Source: a virus. Taken from it: DNA of 37,141 nucleotides. The stretch's first letter is position 1, and each line of letters begins with the position of its first letter. The DNA lies in IMG/VR virus record IMGVR_UViG_3300014561_000002. One strand, 5' to 3'. This document shows positions 1-10,500 of the stretch, in pieces. Below the pieces are notes generated by a model. It was not told the DNA's origin. It searched no databases and was given only the letters and a program-made list of their open reading frames with translations. A program made the position numbers and the translations under genes.

Positions 1-78
1 TTCGTACAGCTCGCACAGGGCCACCTGAAGATCGGTGACACTGCTCTCCACGGCGGTCACCTGCGTCAGCAGGTCCGC
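1..78. repeat. Terminal overlap copy 1 (identical to 37064..37141)
   Basis: ttcgtacagctcgcacagggccacctgaag...cagcaggtccgc occurs at both window ends, compared base by base. Confidence 0.95.
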
Positions 79-1473
79 CAGGGTGGGGTAGTGGTAGCCG
101 TCAATCCAGAGTTCCAGAGGGAACATTGTTTTGGATAAACAAGCAACATGAAGGATGCCGTTTGTTTGGAATGTGATTGTAAAATCGTCGTTACAGTTAT
201 AAATTGTCGTGCCACCGCGTGCAATGCTTTTTTCAGTGCTATTACCGTAGCTGCTGAACTTGCCTTTGGTAATGCATATCTTATCAACATTGCCTGGAAT
301 CTGAACATCCCAAGTTTTGAATCTTTCAGGAGACTTCGCATAGGTGTTCCACGCCAGCCGGGGCTCCGACTTTACCGCCACGGCGGCAGCGATCTTGTCG
401 TTGAGGGTCTTGCCGCTGAGGGTGCCGTCCGGGGCGATGTCCAGGTAGTCCCCTACCTTTACGCCGCCCAGGGCGTCCGCTGTGGCGGCAGGCAGCACGT
501 ACTCCTGGGCCAGCATCACGGTCTCGGTGCTGCCGTCGCCCTTGGTCACGGTCATTGTGTTGCCCTGCACGGTCAGCGCCTTGAGGTACACGCCGCTCCC
601 CGCTTCCACCGCGCCCACGTCCTCCGCCGTCAGCGGGGTCTCCTTCCCGGTGCCGCCGTGTTCTGTACCCAGCACCCCGGTCATGGCCGGCAGGCTGGTG
701 GTGTCCTGGGTGGTAAAGCTCTTTTCGTTGCCGTCGGCCATCGTCACGGTCAGGGTGCGGCCCTCCAGCCGGATGCTCTGCACCACCGCCGCACCGCTGG
801 CCGGCATGGCTCCCACATCCTCAGCCGTCAGGTGCACCGCGCCTCCCTTGCCGTTGACGCTCACCACCTTCCCGGTCTCCGGTGCCGCCAGCTCTGCCCG
901 GTGGGCTGCTGCCTCTGCCCTCGCCGCCGAATTTTCAGAGCTTTCAGCCCCTGCCGTTGCCGTCCGGGCCGCCGTCTCTGCCTGGCCCTTGGCATTCACC
1001 GCCCGGGTTGCTGCGGTGGCCGCCGTCTCGGCGTTGGTCTTTGCGCTGGCTGCGGCCTGCTGCGCCGTGTTGGAGTATTCCAGCACCCGGGCCACAAAGG
1101 TCTCGTACTGGGTGGGGCTGATTTCCACGTCTCCGTCGGTGTTCAGAGTGCTGTAGCACTCGTACTTGGTGGGCTTTGTCAGGGCCCGGTAACCGTCCGC
1201 ACCCAGGGCCAGCAGCATCCACTGGCCGCCGGGGCTGGCCGTCAGGGTCTTGTCCACCGCCACGCTGTCTTCGTCGTCCAGCAGCACCGGTGCGGGCAGG
1301 GTGCCGTCCAGCCACTGCACATGCAGCGTCACGCTCAGGCCCTGCCATTCTGCCGGTAGCTCAAATTCCAGCTTTTCCACCCCGGCGCTGCTCTGGCCGC
1401 CCACCTTCAGCACCCGCACGTCCGGGGCAAACTCCGCCCCGGCAAAACTGCGCTTCAAGATCTTCACACGCAT
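1..1473 (-). CDS. Tail fibre / receptor-binding protein (491 codons in window; 496 aa once closed through the circular junction)
   Basis: Absent from the ORF track because the frame has no stop inside the window. I checked every plus frame-1 triplet from 1 to 1473 and found no TTA, CTA or TCA. The ATG at 1473..1471 is preceded by AAAGGAGGAG. Translation begins MRVKILKRSFAGAEF... It has an Ala/Thr-rich coiled coil (SNTAQQAAASAKTNAETAATAATRAVNAKGQAE) and the repeated motif ...LTAEDVGA.... It sits between the virion genes and the lysis genes. Confidence 0.75.
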   Translation of the reverse strand, partial: MRVKILKRSFAGAEFAPDVRVLKVGGQSSAGVEKLEFELPAEWQGLSVTLHVQWLDGTLPAPVLLDDEDSVAVDKTLTASPGGQWMLLALGADGYRALTKPTKYECYSTLNTDGDVEISPTQYETFVARVLEYSNTAQQAAASAKTNAETAATAATRAVNAKGQAETAARTATAGAESSENSAARAEAAAHRAELAAPETGKVVSVNGKGGAVHLTAEDVGAMPASGAAVVQSIRLEGRTLTVTMADGNEKSFTTQDTTSLPAMTGVLGTEHGGTGKETPLTAEDVGAVEAGSGVYLKALTVQGNTMTVTKGDGSTETVMLAQEYVLPAATADALGGVKVGDYLDIAPDGTLSGKTLNDKIAAAVAVKSEPRLAWNTYAKSPERFKTWDVQIPGNVDKICITKGKFSSYGNSTEKSIARGGTTIYNCNDDFTITFQTNGILHVACLSKTMFPLELWIDGYHYPTLADLLTQVTAVESSVTDLQVALCELYE

Positions 1474-1494
1474 TCGCGTCTCCTCCTTTCGCCC

Positions 1495-1538
1495 TTCCAG
1501 TCTACCGCACTCCGCTGCACAAAAAACCTGCGGACTTT
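1495..1538 (-). promoter_or_regulatory. Conserved late-operon element, copy 2 (upstream of tail fibre gene)
   Basis: 39/44 nt identical to 23505..23548. On the minus strand it reads AAAGTCCGCAGGTTTTTTGTGCAGCGGAGTGCGGTAGACTGGAA and ends about 20 nt before the tail-fibre RBS. Confidence 0.5.
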
Positions 1539-1548
1539 CCGCCAAAGC

Positions 1549-1590
1549 AAGAGCACCCCGGCAGCCATTTCCGGCCGCCGGGGTGCTCTT
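1549..1590 (-). terminator. Stem-loop immediately after the giant ORF
   Basis: AAGAGCACCCCGGC (1549..1562) pairs perfectly with GCCGGGGTGCTCTT (1577..1590), a 14-bp stem lying 3 nt past the stop codon. The U-tract on the minus strand is weak (GCTTTGG). Confidence 0.5.
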
Positions 1591-1592
1591 TC

Positions 1593-4500
1593 TTATCTCA
1601 GGTCTGCGTAGGGGTCATTTACCGTGGTGGTCTGCGCCTTTTCGGCGTTCTTCAGCCAGGTGGCAAAGGTTTTCTGCTCGTACAGGGCGTTCCCGTCCCC
1701 ATCGGTCAGGGCCAGCAGCATCTCCTCCAGCTTCTGCCGGTCATAGTCGCTGCCGGCCAGATACTCCGGCTTGCACACCTCCGTGATCTTGCTCTTCAGG
1801 TTCGTCACGCTCTTTCCGGCCCGCAGCAGCCGGTCAAGCTCTTCCTGCACATCCTGTGCCCGGCCGCTGTCCACGGCCGCCACCAGGTCATCGGTCACGC
1901 TGTCGTTGTCGCCCTTCAGCACCTCGTTGGCCCGCTTGTTCACGGCGCCGGTCACGCAGTCGATCACGGCCTCCCGCTTGTCCGCGTCAGCCTTTGCGCC
2001 TTCCCGGATGCCCAGCGCCTCGTACAGGTCCCGGATCACCTGCCGCGTCAGCTGCTGGCGCTGGCTGTCGTTGCCGTTCACCTGGGCCTGGGCCGCCTGC
2101 TGCACCCGGTCGTCGTACTTTGCAAGGCGGGTCTTCAGCTGCTTGTAGGCCTCTTCCTCCTTGCCCATCTCCTGCAGCTTCTCCATGGCCGCCTGCGCCT
2201 CGCCCGCGTCGCCGCTGGCATAGGCATCATACAGCCGGTCGTACTGTCCGGTTGCGCTGGCAGGCAGGCTGCTGAAGGTAAATTTCCCGCCGTGGAACAT
2301 GTTCACCGCGTCCTGCACATAGCCCTTGAAGGCTTCCAGGATCTTCCGCCCGTTGCCAAAGGGCACGCCGGCAATTTCCAGTCCGTCCTCCATCAGGGTC
2401 AGGGCGTACTTCTCCACTTTGCCGTGGTGGGTCGCCAGCTTCGTTTCGTCCATGTCTGCCGTGTCCTTGCGCAGCTCGCTCACAAACTTTGTCACGTCCC
2501 CAGCCAGATCGTTCACGGCGCTGATGTTCGTGGCGCTCACCACATCATAATCCTTGCCGTTCAGGGCGTTGTCCACCAGGCTGTACACCTCGCTGCCAAA
2601 CAAAAAATTTCCGGCCGCGCTCTCGGTAAACAGCCCGGTAAAACGGCTCAGCAGGCTTTTCAGGGTCACGTCCCCGTTTTCGTCCTGCTCCCGGTCCCAC
2701 CGGTGCAGCAAAAAGTCCGCGCCGATCTTCATCAGGGCAAACACCGCCGTCTGCGCCACCTGGCTCCCCGCCGCCCGCTGCAGCTGCTTGCCGGCCCGCT
2801 GCAGCTCTGCCTTGGTCTCTTCCGTTTCGCCCTCTTCAAACCGCGCTTTCTGGGCGTTGTAGTCCATCACGGCGTCAGCCAGGATGCCGTAGTTCTGGAA
2901 CCGCTGGGTGGTAAACATGGTAAAGGTCTTTACAAACTCGTCCGGGTTGCGCTGGATGCCTGCCCGCTGCATCACGGTATAGTTGGGCTGGGTCTGCTCG
3001 ATCACCTTCTGGTACATCCGGTTCACGGCCTGCCAGTAGTCCTCACTGCCCTCTTTGGCAGCTCCCTCGGCAAATTCCCCGGGGTGGTTCTTCACGTAGG
3101 CCTTGCTGCCCTCCCACAGCGCTGCCACCGTCACCTCGTCCGCGCCGTTGATCCACCCGGTCAGGACTTTCGGCAGCTTGTCCATGGCCTTTTCTGCCGG
3201 TGTGAGGCCTTTGCCAATGCTGGCCAGTTCGCCCCGCTGGCTGCCGCGCTTGCGCCACTCCAGCAGCACGTCCCCGTGTTCCGAGATCTCCGTCTCCAGC
3301 GCCGCCCGCTGCTTCGGGGGGAAGTTCTTTACAAAGGGCACCACCGACGCCATGGTGTCGCTGCCCAGCACGGCCGCCGCCGTGGGCAGACTGGCTGCCT
3401 GCGCAATGGCCACGCCCGGATTCAAAGTCAGGATCGCCCCGGCGTAGTTGCCCCGCAGCCGGGCCGCCATCCGGCTCACGCCGTTGTCCCGCTTGCGCTG
3501 GGTGGTCTGCAGGTCGGTCAGCAGGTCGTTGATGTACTCCACCGCGCTGCGGCCCCACTGCTCCTTGATGATGCCGTTTTTCAGGTTGTACACGCCATCT
3601 TTTGTTTCCACGTTGCTGTTCAGCACCTTCTGCACGTCCCGGATGGGCAGTGCCAGGCCCGCATAAGCCGCCGTGTCCCGGATGCTGCGCTGCACCACAT
3701 TGCTGCACTCTTCCAGCAAAATGGGCTGCACCGCTTTCTTTACACGGTTCTTCAAAAAGCCCCGGCCCTCAATGGTGGCGTCAAGGTTCAGCCCCTCGAT
3801 CTGGGTCGCCAGGGCGCTCTTGTCCACCGCAATGGGGTAGTAGTTTTTCACCCCCGCCCGGTTATAGCCCAGCAGCTGCATGCTGGTCTCGTTGATCAGG
3901 TTTGTGGTGTACTGGTTGAACAGTTCCTGCATGTCCGCGATCCACGCCCGGTCGTAGTCGGTCAGGGCGTTTTCCACCGTCTGCAGCACCGTGTCCACCA
4001 TCGGGGTGCCGTCGGCATTCTGCAAGCCGCCCAGGTGCACGGTCTGGCCCTCCTGGTAGGCCCGTTCAATGTTTCCTTTTGTGTACTGTTCCATGTTCGG
4101 CACCGTCAGGCCGCCGTTCAGCAGATGCTGTCGGCTGTCCGCGTTCTGCAGATGCATGTACAGGCTGCACAGCATGGCGTGGTTCAGCGGCACGCTGTTG
4201 CCCTTGGTGTCGGTCAGGCCGATGTCCACCGTCTCGGCCCCCGGCCCGGCAAAGGCGTCCATCTCTTTCAGGTGGGTCTTGCCCGTCACGTCCGCAAAGA
4301 GTTTCTCGCCCTTGATGATGATCTCGCTCTGCCGGCGCTGGCCGTCGTTCAGCATCCTCGCCAGCTTCTCCATCTGGCCGTTCTTTGCGTAGCCGCCCAG
4401 CATGCGGAACACCCGCTCACCGCCCAGCATGTCCAGCTGGTACTTGGTCAGCGTGTTCCGTAGCCCGTCAAACCGCCCGCCGGGGCGGTTGCCCTTGCTG

Positions 4501-7500
4501 GTTTTCACCTCGTAGGCAGCAGCGTCCGCAATGGCGCTCACTTCCTCAGCCTTTGCAAGGCTCAACGTCTTGTTTTCGGTGCGGATCACATGCAGCGTGC
4601 TGCTGGTAATGGCTTTCAGCAGCCGCAGCTGGTCCACCGTCATGGGCAGATAGGTGCGGTTCTCCGTGTCCCGGATGCGCGCTTTCAGCCGGTCCTGCAG
4701 GGCCCGGGCCTTCTCACTGTCCGGCAGGGCTTCCGCCTGGGCCAGCTGCTCGTGCAGCTTGTCCAGCCGGGCATTCTTCGCAGCTGTCAGGTCCTCCCGC
4801 AGCGTCTGGATCAGTTCCGGCACCTTGCTCTGCTTCCAGTCCTCGGTCATGGCGTTGGGGGCTCCCTCGCTGCCCATGCTGGCCGTAATGCTGTCCTGCA
4901 GCCTCGTCAGCTGGTTCACAGCCTTGCTGTTCAGGGTCACCAGGTTCGCCAGCTTGGCCACCTCGGCCGCCTCCACGATCAGCCCCTTCTGCACATACTT
5001 GCCCTGCTGGGGCCGCAGCACCATCTGGTTCAGCTGGGCCGCGTTCGCCCGGATGCTCCGTTTCAGCTCGTCCGCCTTCCGGGCGTCCCGGGCCCGCTGC
5101 ACCCGGTTCTCGGCTACTTTCTTCGCAATGGCAATGTCCTCGTCCCGCTGCTGGCGGGCCACTTCCAGCGCAATGGCGTTCCGCTCCGTCTGCTTCTGGT
5201 ACCACTCCGCAGCTTTCTGCTGGTTCATCAGTTCCCAGTCCTGGATCTCCCTGTCCTGGATCATCAGCGAGCGCTCCGCCCGGTCGGCCCGGCGCTGCTC
5301 CTGCTTCACCTGATCGGCCAGATAGTCGTTTTCTTCCCGCAGCTCGCCCATGCGTTCCTTGTACCACAGCTTTGCTGCGTCCATGTCCTCCTGCCGCTGG
5401 GCTTTCAGCCGCTGCTCCTGCTGCTTCAGCTTCCGGCGGAACTCCTCCCGCTGGTAGGTGATGTACTCGTTCACGTCGCCCAGGTTGGTAAAGGTCTTTC
5501 CGTCGATCTTCACAGCGCTCCGGGTCTCGGTGCGCTGGTTGGCGGCCAGTCGGCGGGCAAACTCCTGCCGCTGCACTTTCTGGACACCCTGCATGCCCTT
5601 CTCCACCTCGGCGGCCCTTGCCTCGTCTCCGGCCGCCGCCTTGGCCATCTGTAGCGCCTGCTTCTGCATGCCCTCAAAAATAGCCTGGGCGTCGGTCATC
5701 TCGGGCACGTTCATAATGTCCTCGATCATCCGCCCGGCCAGCTCCACCCGGGCGTCCTCGTACTCGGCCTCGTCCGCAAAGCGGCTGCGCATCTCCGGCT
5801 TGATGCTGTCATGCAGATTCATCAGCACGTCCAGCCACTCGGTGCTCTCCATGCTCATGACACCCTCCACACCGGCCTGCTGGGCCGCCGCTTTCCACAG
5901 CGCCCGCGCACCGTCCTGGATGCCGCCCACGGCCCGGGTGTCGTTCACAATGCTCTCGTACTGCTCCGCCGGGTTTCCGTCCCGCACGCCGTCGGCCTGC
6001 CGCAGGGCCACACCGTGGCTGCGGGCCTCGGCCACCGCCGCGCTCCAGTTGCCGTACCGCTTCACCAGCTCCGCCTTGGCCTTGCCGGTCTTGTTCACGG
6101 TGTACTCCAGCCGGTGCAGCTCCGGGTATTCGTCCCACAGCTCACTGTTGCGGTAGGTCGCCCCGTCCAGCACCTCGCCCGCCAGCGTCTCGGCCAGCGC
6201 CTGGGCCTTTGTCATGTCCGCGCCGTCCGCTTTCAGGTAGTCCACCAGCACCCGGGTCTCGTTGGCCAGCTTTGCCCGGTCGGCCCGGCTGGCGTTGGCT
6301 TTCGTCCACCGCGCCGCCAGCCCGTCCAGGCTGTCCTGGCTCACCTTCACGCCTCTCGTCACCCCAAAGAACTGGCTCAGGGTGTCCAGTGCCGCCGCCG
6401 TGTTCGCAATATCCCGGCTCGCCTGCCGCTGGTCGTTCTTCTTTGCCTCCCGGCTGGCCTGCTCCGCCAGCTGGAAACGGAACTTTGCAAGGCTGCTTTC
6501 CTGCGCCAGCTCTCCGGTCTTGTAATACTCCCGGATCTCCCGCACCACCTTGTCCGCATCCACACGCCCGCTGTATTCCTTGCTGGCGGCAACCCTGCCG
6601 TCTGCTGTGGAGATGTCCAGCGTGAACTGCCTGCGCTCGCCGCCCAGCTGCTCGGCCATTTTCCGGATCTGTTCCAGCTGCTGCGCCGTGGGGGCCGTGT
6701 CCGCCGAAATGTCCACGCCCGGCGCTTCCGCCATCACACGCACATTGCCGTCCAGCAAAAACTCATTCAGCGCTTCCGTGCCGTTCTTCACTTCCGCCGG
6801 GCCGAACACCTCCAGAATTTCCCGGTGGTCGGTGTCCCGGCTGCGGTCATTCTGGGCAAAGTCCAGCATCTGGCCGTCCGGCAGAATGTACCCTGCCCGC
6901 CGGAACTCTTCCGTCACGCCGAACTGTTCCTTTGCCAGCACCCGCCGGTACTCTGCGTTACCGCCGTACTCTTTGGCCTTGGCATCGTAGGCACGCTGTG
7001 CGTCCTTGGCCTGGGCGTCCTTCCGCTGCTGCAGACGCTCATTGGCTGCTTTCATCTGCTCCGTCAGGGCACTGTCCCGCTCTTCCAGCGCGGCCAGTCG
7101 GCTGTTGTACTCCTTGCGCTTTGCAAGGTAGTCCTGGTATTCTGCGCTGTCCCGGTAGGCCTTGCCCTCTGCAGAAAAAACGCCCAGCGCCTTTTTCTTT
7201 GCCTCGATCCGCTGCACTTCGGCACTGTTCAGCCATGCGCTGCGTTCTTCCTTCAGGGCACTGCGCTGCTTGGTCAGTTGCTGCTGTTCGGTGCGCAGCT
7301 TTGCCAGCTCATCCTGCTCCGCCAGCTGATAGCGCACATTTTTCTGCACAGCTGCATTGTTTTCCTTGCTTTCGACAGCGGTTTGTGCTATAGTAGTGTC
7401 AGAAGATACTTCCTGAGCATCCGCAAGGGTGCTCCGCACAGCTTTCGGGAGCTGTGTGGGAGTATCTTCTTTTTTTGTCATATTTCCCTCAGTGTCAAAC

Positions 7501-10500
7501 GTCACATAGCTTCCATCTGCCCAGCATACCTCATGAACATAGAAATTCTTCATGCCATTCTGCCGGGTGTATTCTCTTACAATCACGCCTTCATACAGCT
7601 TTGTTCCGTCAATTTCGACGGGCGCTGCAAAGACATAAGTATCATACCCTCGTCCCTGCCAGTTTTGCTCATACCCGATTTGCTTTCCTTTTTGAATTAC
7701 TTCAGGGACTGCAGCAACCGCAACCTGTTTTGCTTTGCTGTTCCCATGCTGCACCGTTGCACGTGCACCGCTCTTTGTCAACTCCACCGTTCCGAAGTTT
7801 TCACGAATCACTTTGTTTCCTATAGAATCAAAGAATTCTTCAACATTGGAAATGTTTTCGTTTCGCGTTTTTCCGAAAGACACCTCTGTTCCTTCGATTG
7901 TCGCCACCGGTTTCATTTCTTCCAATTCGTCCAGATGGCCGTTCATCTGCTCCACCAGAGAATCTTTTCCCTCGTGCAGCTGGAACCGCACCCCCTGCGC
8001 CGCACCCTCACTCTTGAGGGCTGCGGCGTTTTCTTTTGCCGCCCGCAGGTTGTCCATGGCCTTTTCCGCATGGGCAAAATAGGCGTCCTGCAGGGCCCGT
8101 TTTTCCGCCTCGGCCAAACGCTGGGCTTTCAGGGCCGCCCGGTTCTCCGGGTCAAGGGTCAGCGCTTCCTTTGCCCGGCTGATGATGCCGTTCAGCATCT
8201 CCTTCACGGCGGTCATCACCTTGTGGATGGTGCCTGCCTTGCCGGCGTTCTTCTCCGCCTGCGCCCGCTGGAATTCGGCCCACCGGGTCACGCTCTCGGC
8301 ACTGTCAAAAATGCCGCGCCAGCTGTCCGCCACCAGTTCCTCAGCAGCCTGCTCATAGGTCAGGCCCTGGGCGGCATAGTCCTTCACCTTGTCCCGGATC
8401 AGCTCGTCCACGTTCTCAAAGCCCTCGCTCTTCGCCAGGTACTCCAGCGCCGTGTTCTGCACCGCCTTGGCACCCTCGGCATCCAGAGCGTTGTACCAGT
8501 GGTAGTCCTCGTGCAGCACCGTGCCAAACACGTCTCCGTTCCGGTCGCCAAAAAAGATGCGGCCCGTCTCGGTGTCCACATAGGCTTTCACCCGCTCGCT
8601 GGGGCTTCCGTCCGGGCCCAGCAGCACGCTCTTCAAAATGGCGTCCGTGCCGGTTCCCGCCGCGTTCAGCCGGATCACCTGGGCTGCCACATCGTCCGCC
8701 GCGCGGTCGCTGCCCTTCCAGATCACCCGGCCCTCGCCTTTCGTGCTCTGGTCGGTCAGGGCACCGCCCAGGGCCCCGCGCCCCACCGTGCCGGCTTCCA
8801 CTTCGCCCTGCCCCTGCAAAAAGGCCGCCCGCAGTGCCTGCTCTCCGCCGGGCTGCTGCAGTACATAGTTCGTGTTCGGGGCAAGGTTGTTCATGCCGCC
8901 CGCCAGCTCCAGCGCCTTGTCAAAGGTTTTCACCCCGTCCATCTGGCCCATGCGGTACATGCTGCTTGCTGCCGCCGTGTAGCGTTCCAGGTCTGCAATG
9001 CTGTCCGGCACCATCCGGCTGATGGTCTCCGCCGCGCCCTTGCTCACCTTCCAGTCCGTCAGCTCCCGCTGCACGGCCTGCTGCTTCTCAGTCAGGGTCT
9101 GCTGGCGCAGCCCCACCGTCCGCCGCAGGCCGTCCGGTGCTTCCCGGCTCTGCTGTGTCGTCTCCTGTGCTTCCTGCTGCGCAGCGGCCCGGCTTTCCGC
9201 CTGCGCCTGCTGGTGCAGCTGTTCCGGGTTAAACAGCATCGTTCTGGGGTTTTCCGGGTCTACCGTCCGCACCGCTTCCGTGCCGTCCGCAAAGCGCACC
9301 GTCATGGTGTCGTTGCTCATGCTCACGCTGTAGCCCTGCCCGCTTTCCACGGTTTCCCCAGCCTTTTCCACGGTACTTTGGCCCGGATCGGCGGCAGGGT
9401 TCTCCATCTGCGTCGCATTGTTCCCGACATTTGTGTCGGGAACTTCCGCCGCCTGCTGCACGGCCTGCCCGGCAGTCTGCTGCTGGGCAAGCGTGCGCAG
9501 GGCTTTCCGGGTCTCGCTGGCCGTGGCGGGCAGCTCCATGCCGTACTCCTCCGCAAAGGCCGCCCGGTTTGCTTCGTTGGCCGCGTTCGGGGTGAACAGG
9601 TTGATGGTCTTGCCCGTCAGGGCATCCGCCTCCATGGCGGCCGCCAGCTGCTGCACCGCCGGGTTCTCGCTGCGCACCGCTGGGGCTGCATCCTTCTGGG
9701 CAGTTGTTTCCGCAGCGTCGGCATTGTCCGTCTGCTGCACGGCGGCGGCCTGGTCTGCCTGCTGCCGTGCAGCTTCTCCCGGCTCCATGGCCCGCTCTTC
9801 CAGTGCCCGCTGCGCCGCCGCGGCATCCGCCGCCCGGCTCTCGGTGTCCGCCTGCACCGGGGCAGCCGTTTCCATCCCGGCCCGGGCATCCAGCGTCCGG
9901 CTCATGGCGCCCAGCCCCGTGCCCACGGCACCGCCCAGCGCACCGGAGGCACCACCCGTCAGGCCGCTCTGCAGCGCCTGCAAAAAGGTGTCGCTCTGCA
10001 GCAGCTCGTCGGCGGCCTGCTGGTCGCCGCCCAGCGTGGCATCAATGATCTTGTCCGCATAGGTTTCCACAAAGGCCTGCACCGCATTGTCCACTCCGCC
10101 GGAGATCGTGTTGGCGGCCAGCTGGCTGTTGCCCAGCCCGCTCACCAGCTTCGAGCTGCGCACAAGATCGGCCAGCTTTCCGGCCACCGTGTCCCGGGCA
10201 TAGTCCACGCCCATGCTGCGGGCCATGTCCGCCACGCCCACGCTGTTGATGGCCCAGCCTGCGCCAAACTTTGCAAGGCCCACGCCCACAGCCTGGCCGG
10301 CGCTGGTGCCCTTCTCCGCGTCCTGGCCCATGCTCTCGGCCGCGCCCTGGGCGCTCAGCACCGGCAGCACCAGGTAGGGGCTCACGCCCGCAACAGCCAG
10401 GTTCTCCGCCGCGCTGGTGGCAACGCCCATGGCTGTTTTGGCCGCCGGGCTCATGCCCGCCCGGGCTGCTTCCGTGCGCTGCTGGCCGTAGTGGTACAGC

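Noticed and set aside
66-341. 91-aa minus-strand ORF in the track
   Set aside because: It is in the wrong frame within the tail fibre gene. The fibre frame is open for 491 codons and has a strong RBS, while this ORF has none.
120-345. AT-rich tail-fibre tip considered as the variable repeat of a diversity-generating retroelement
   Set aside because: There is no reverse transcriptase gene and no second (template) copy of this sequence anywhere in the genome.
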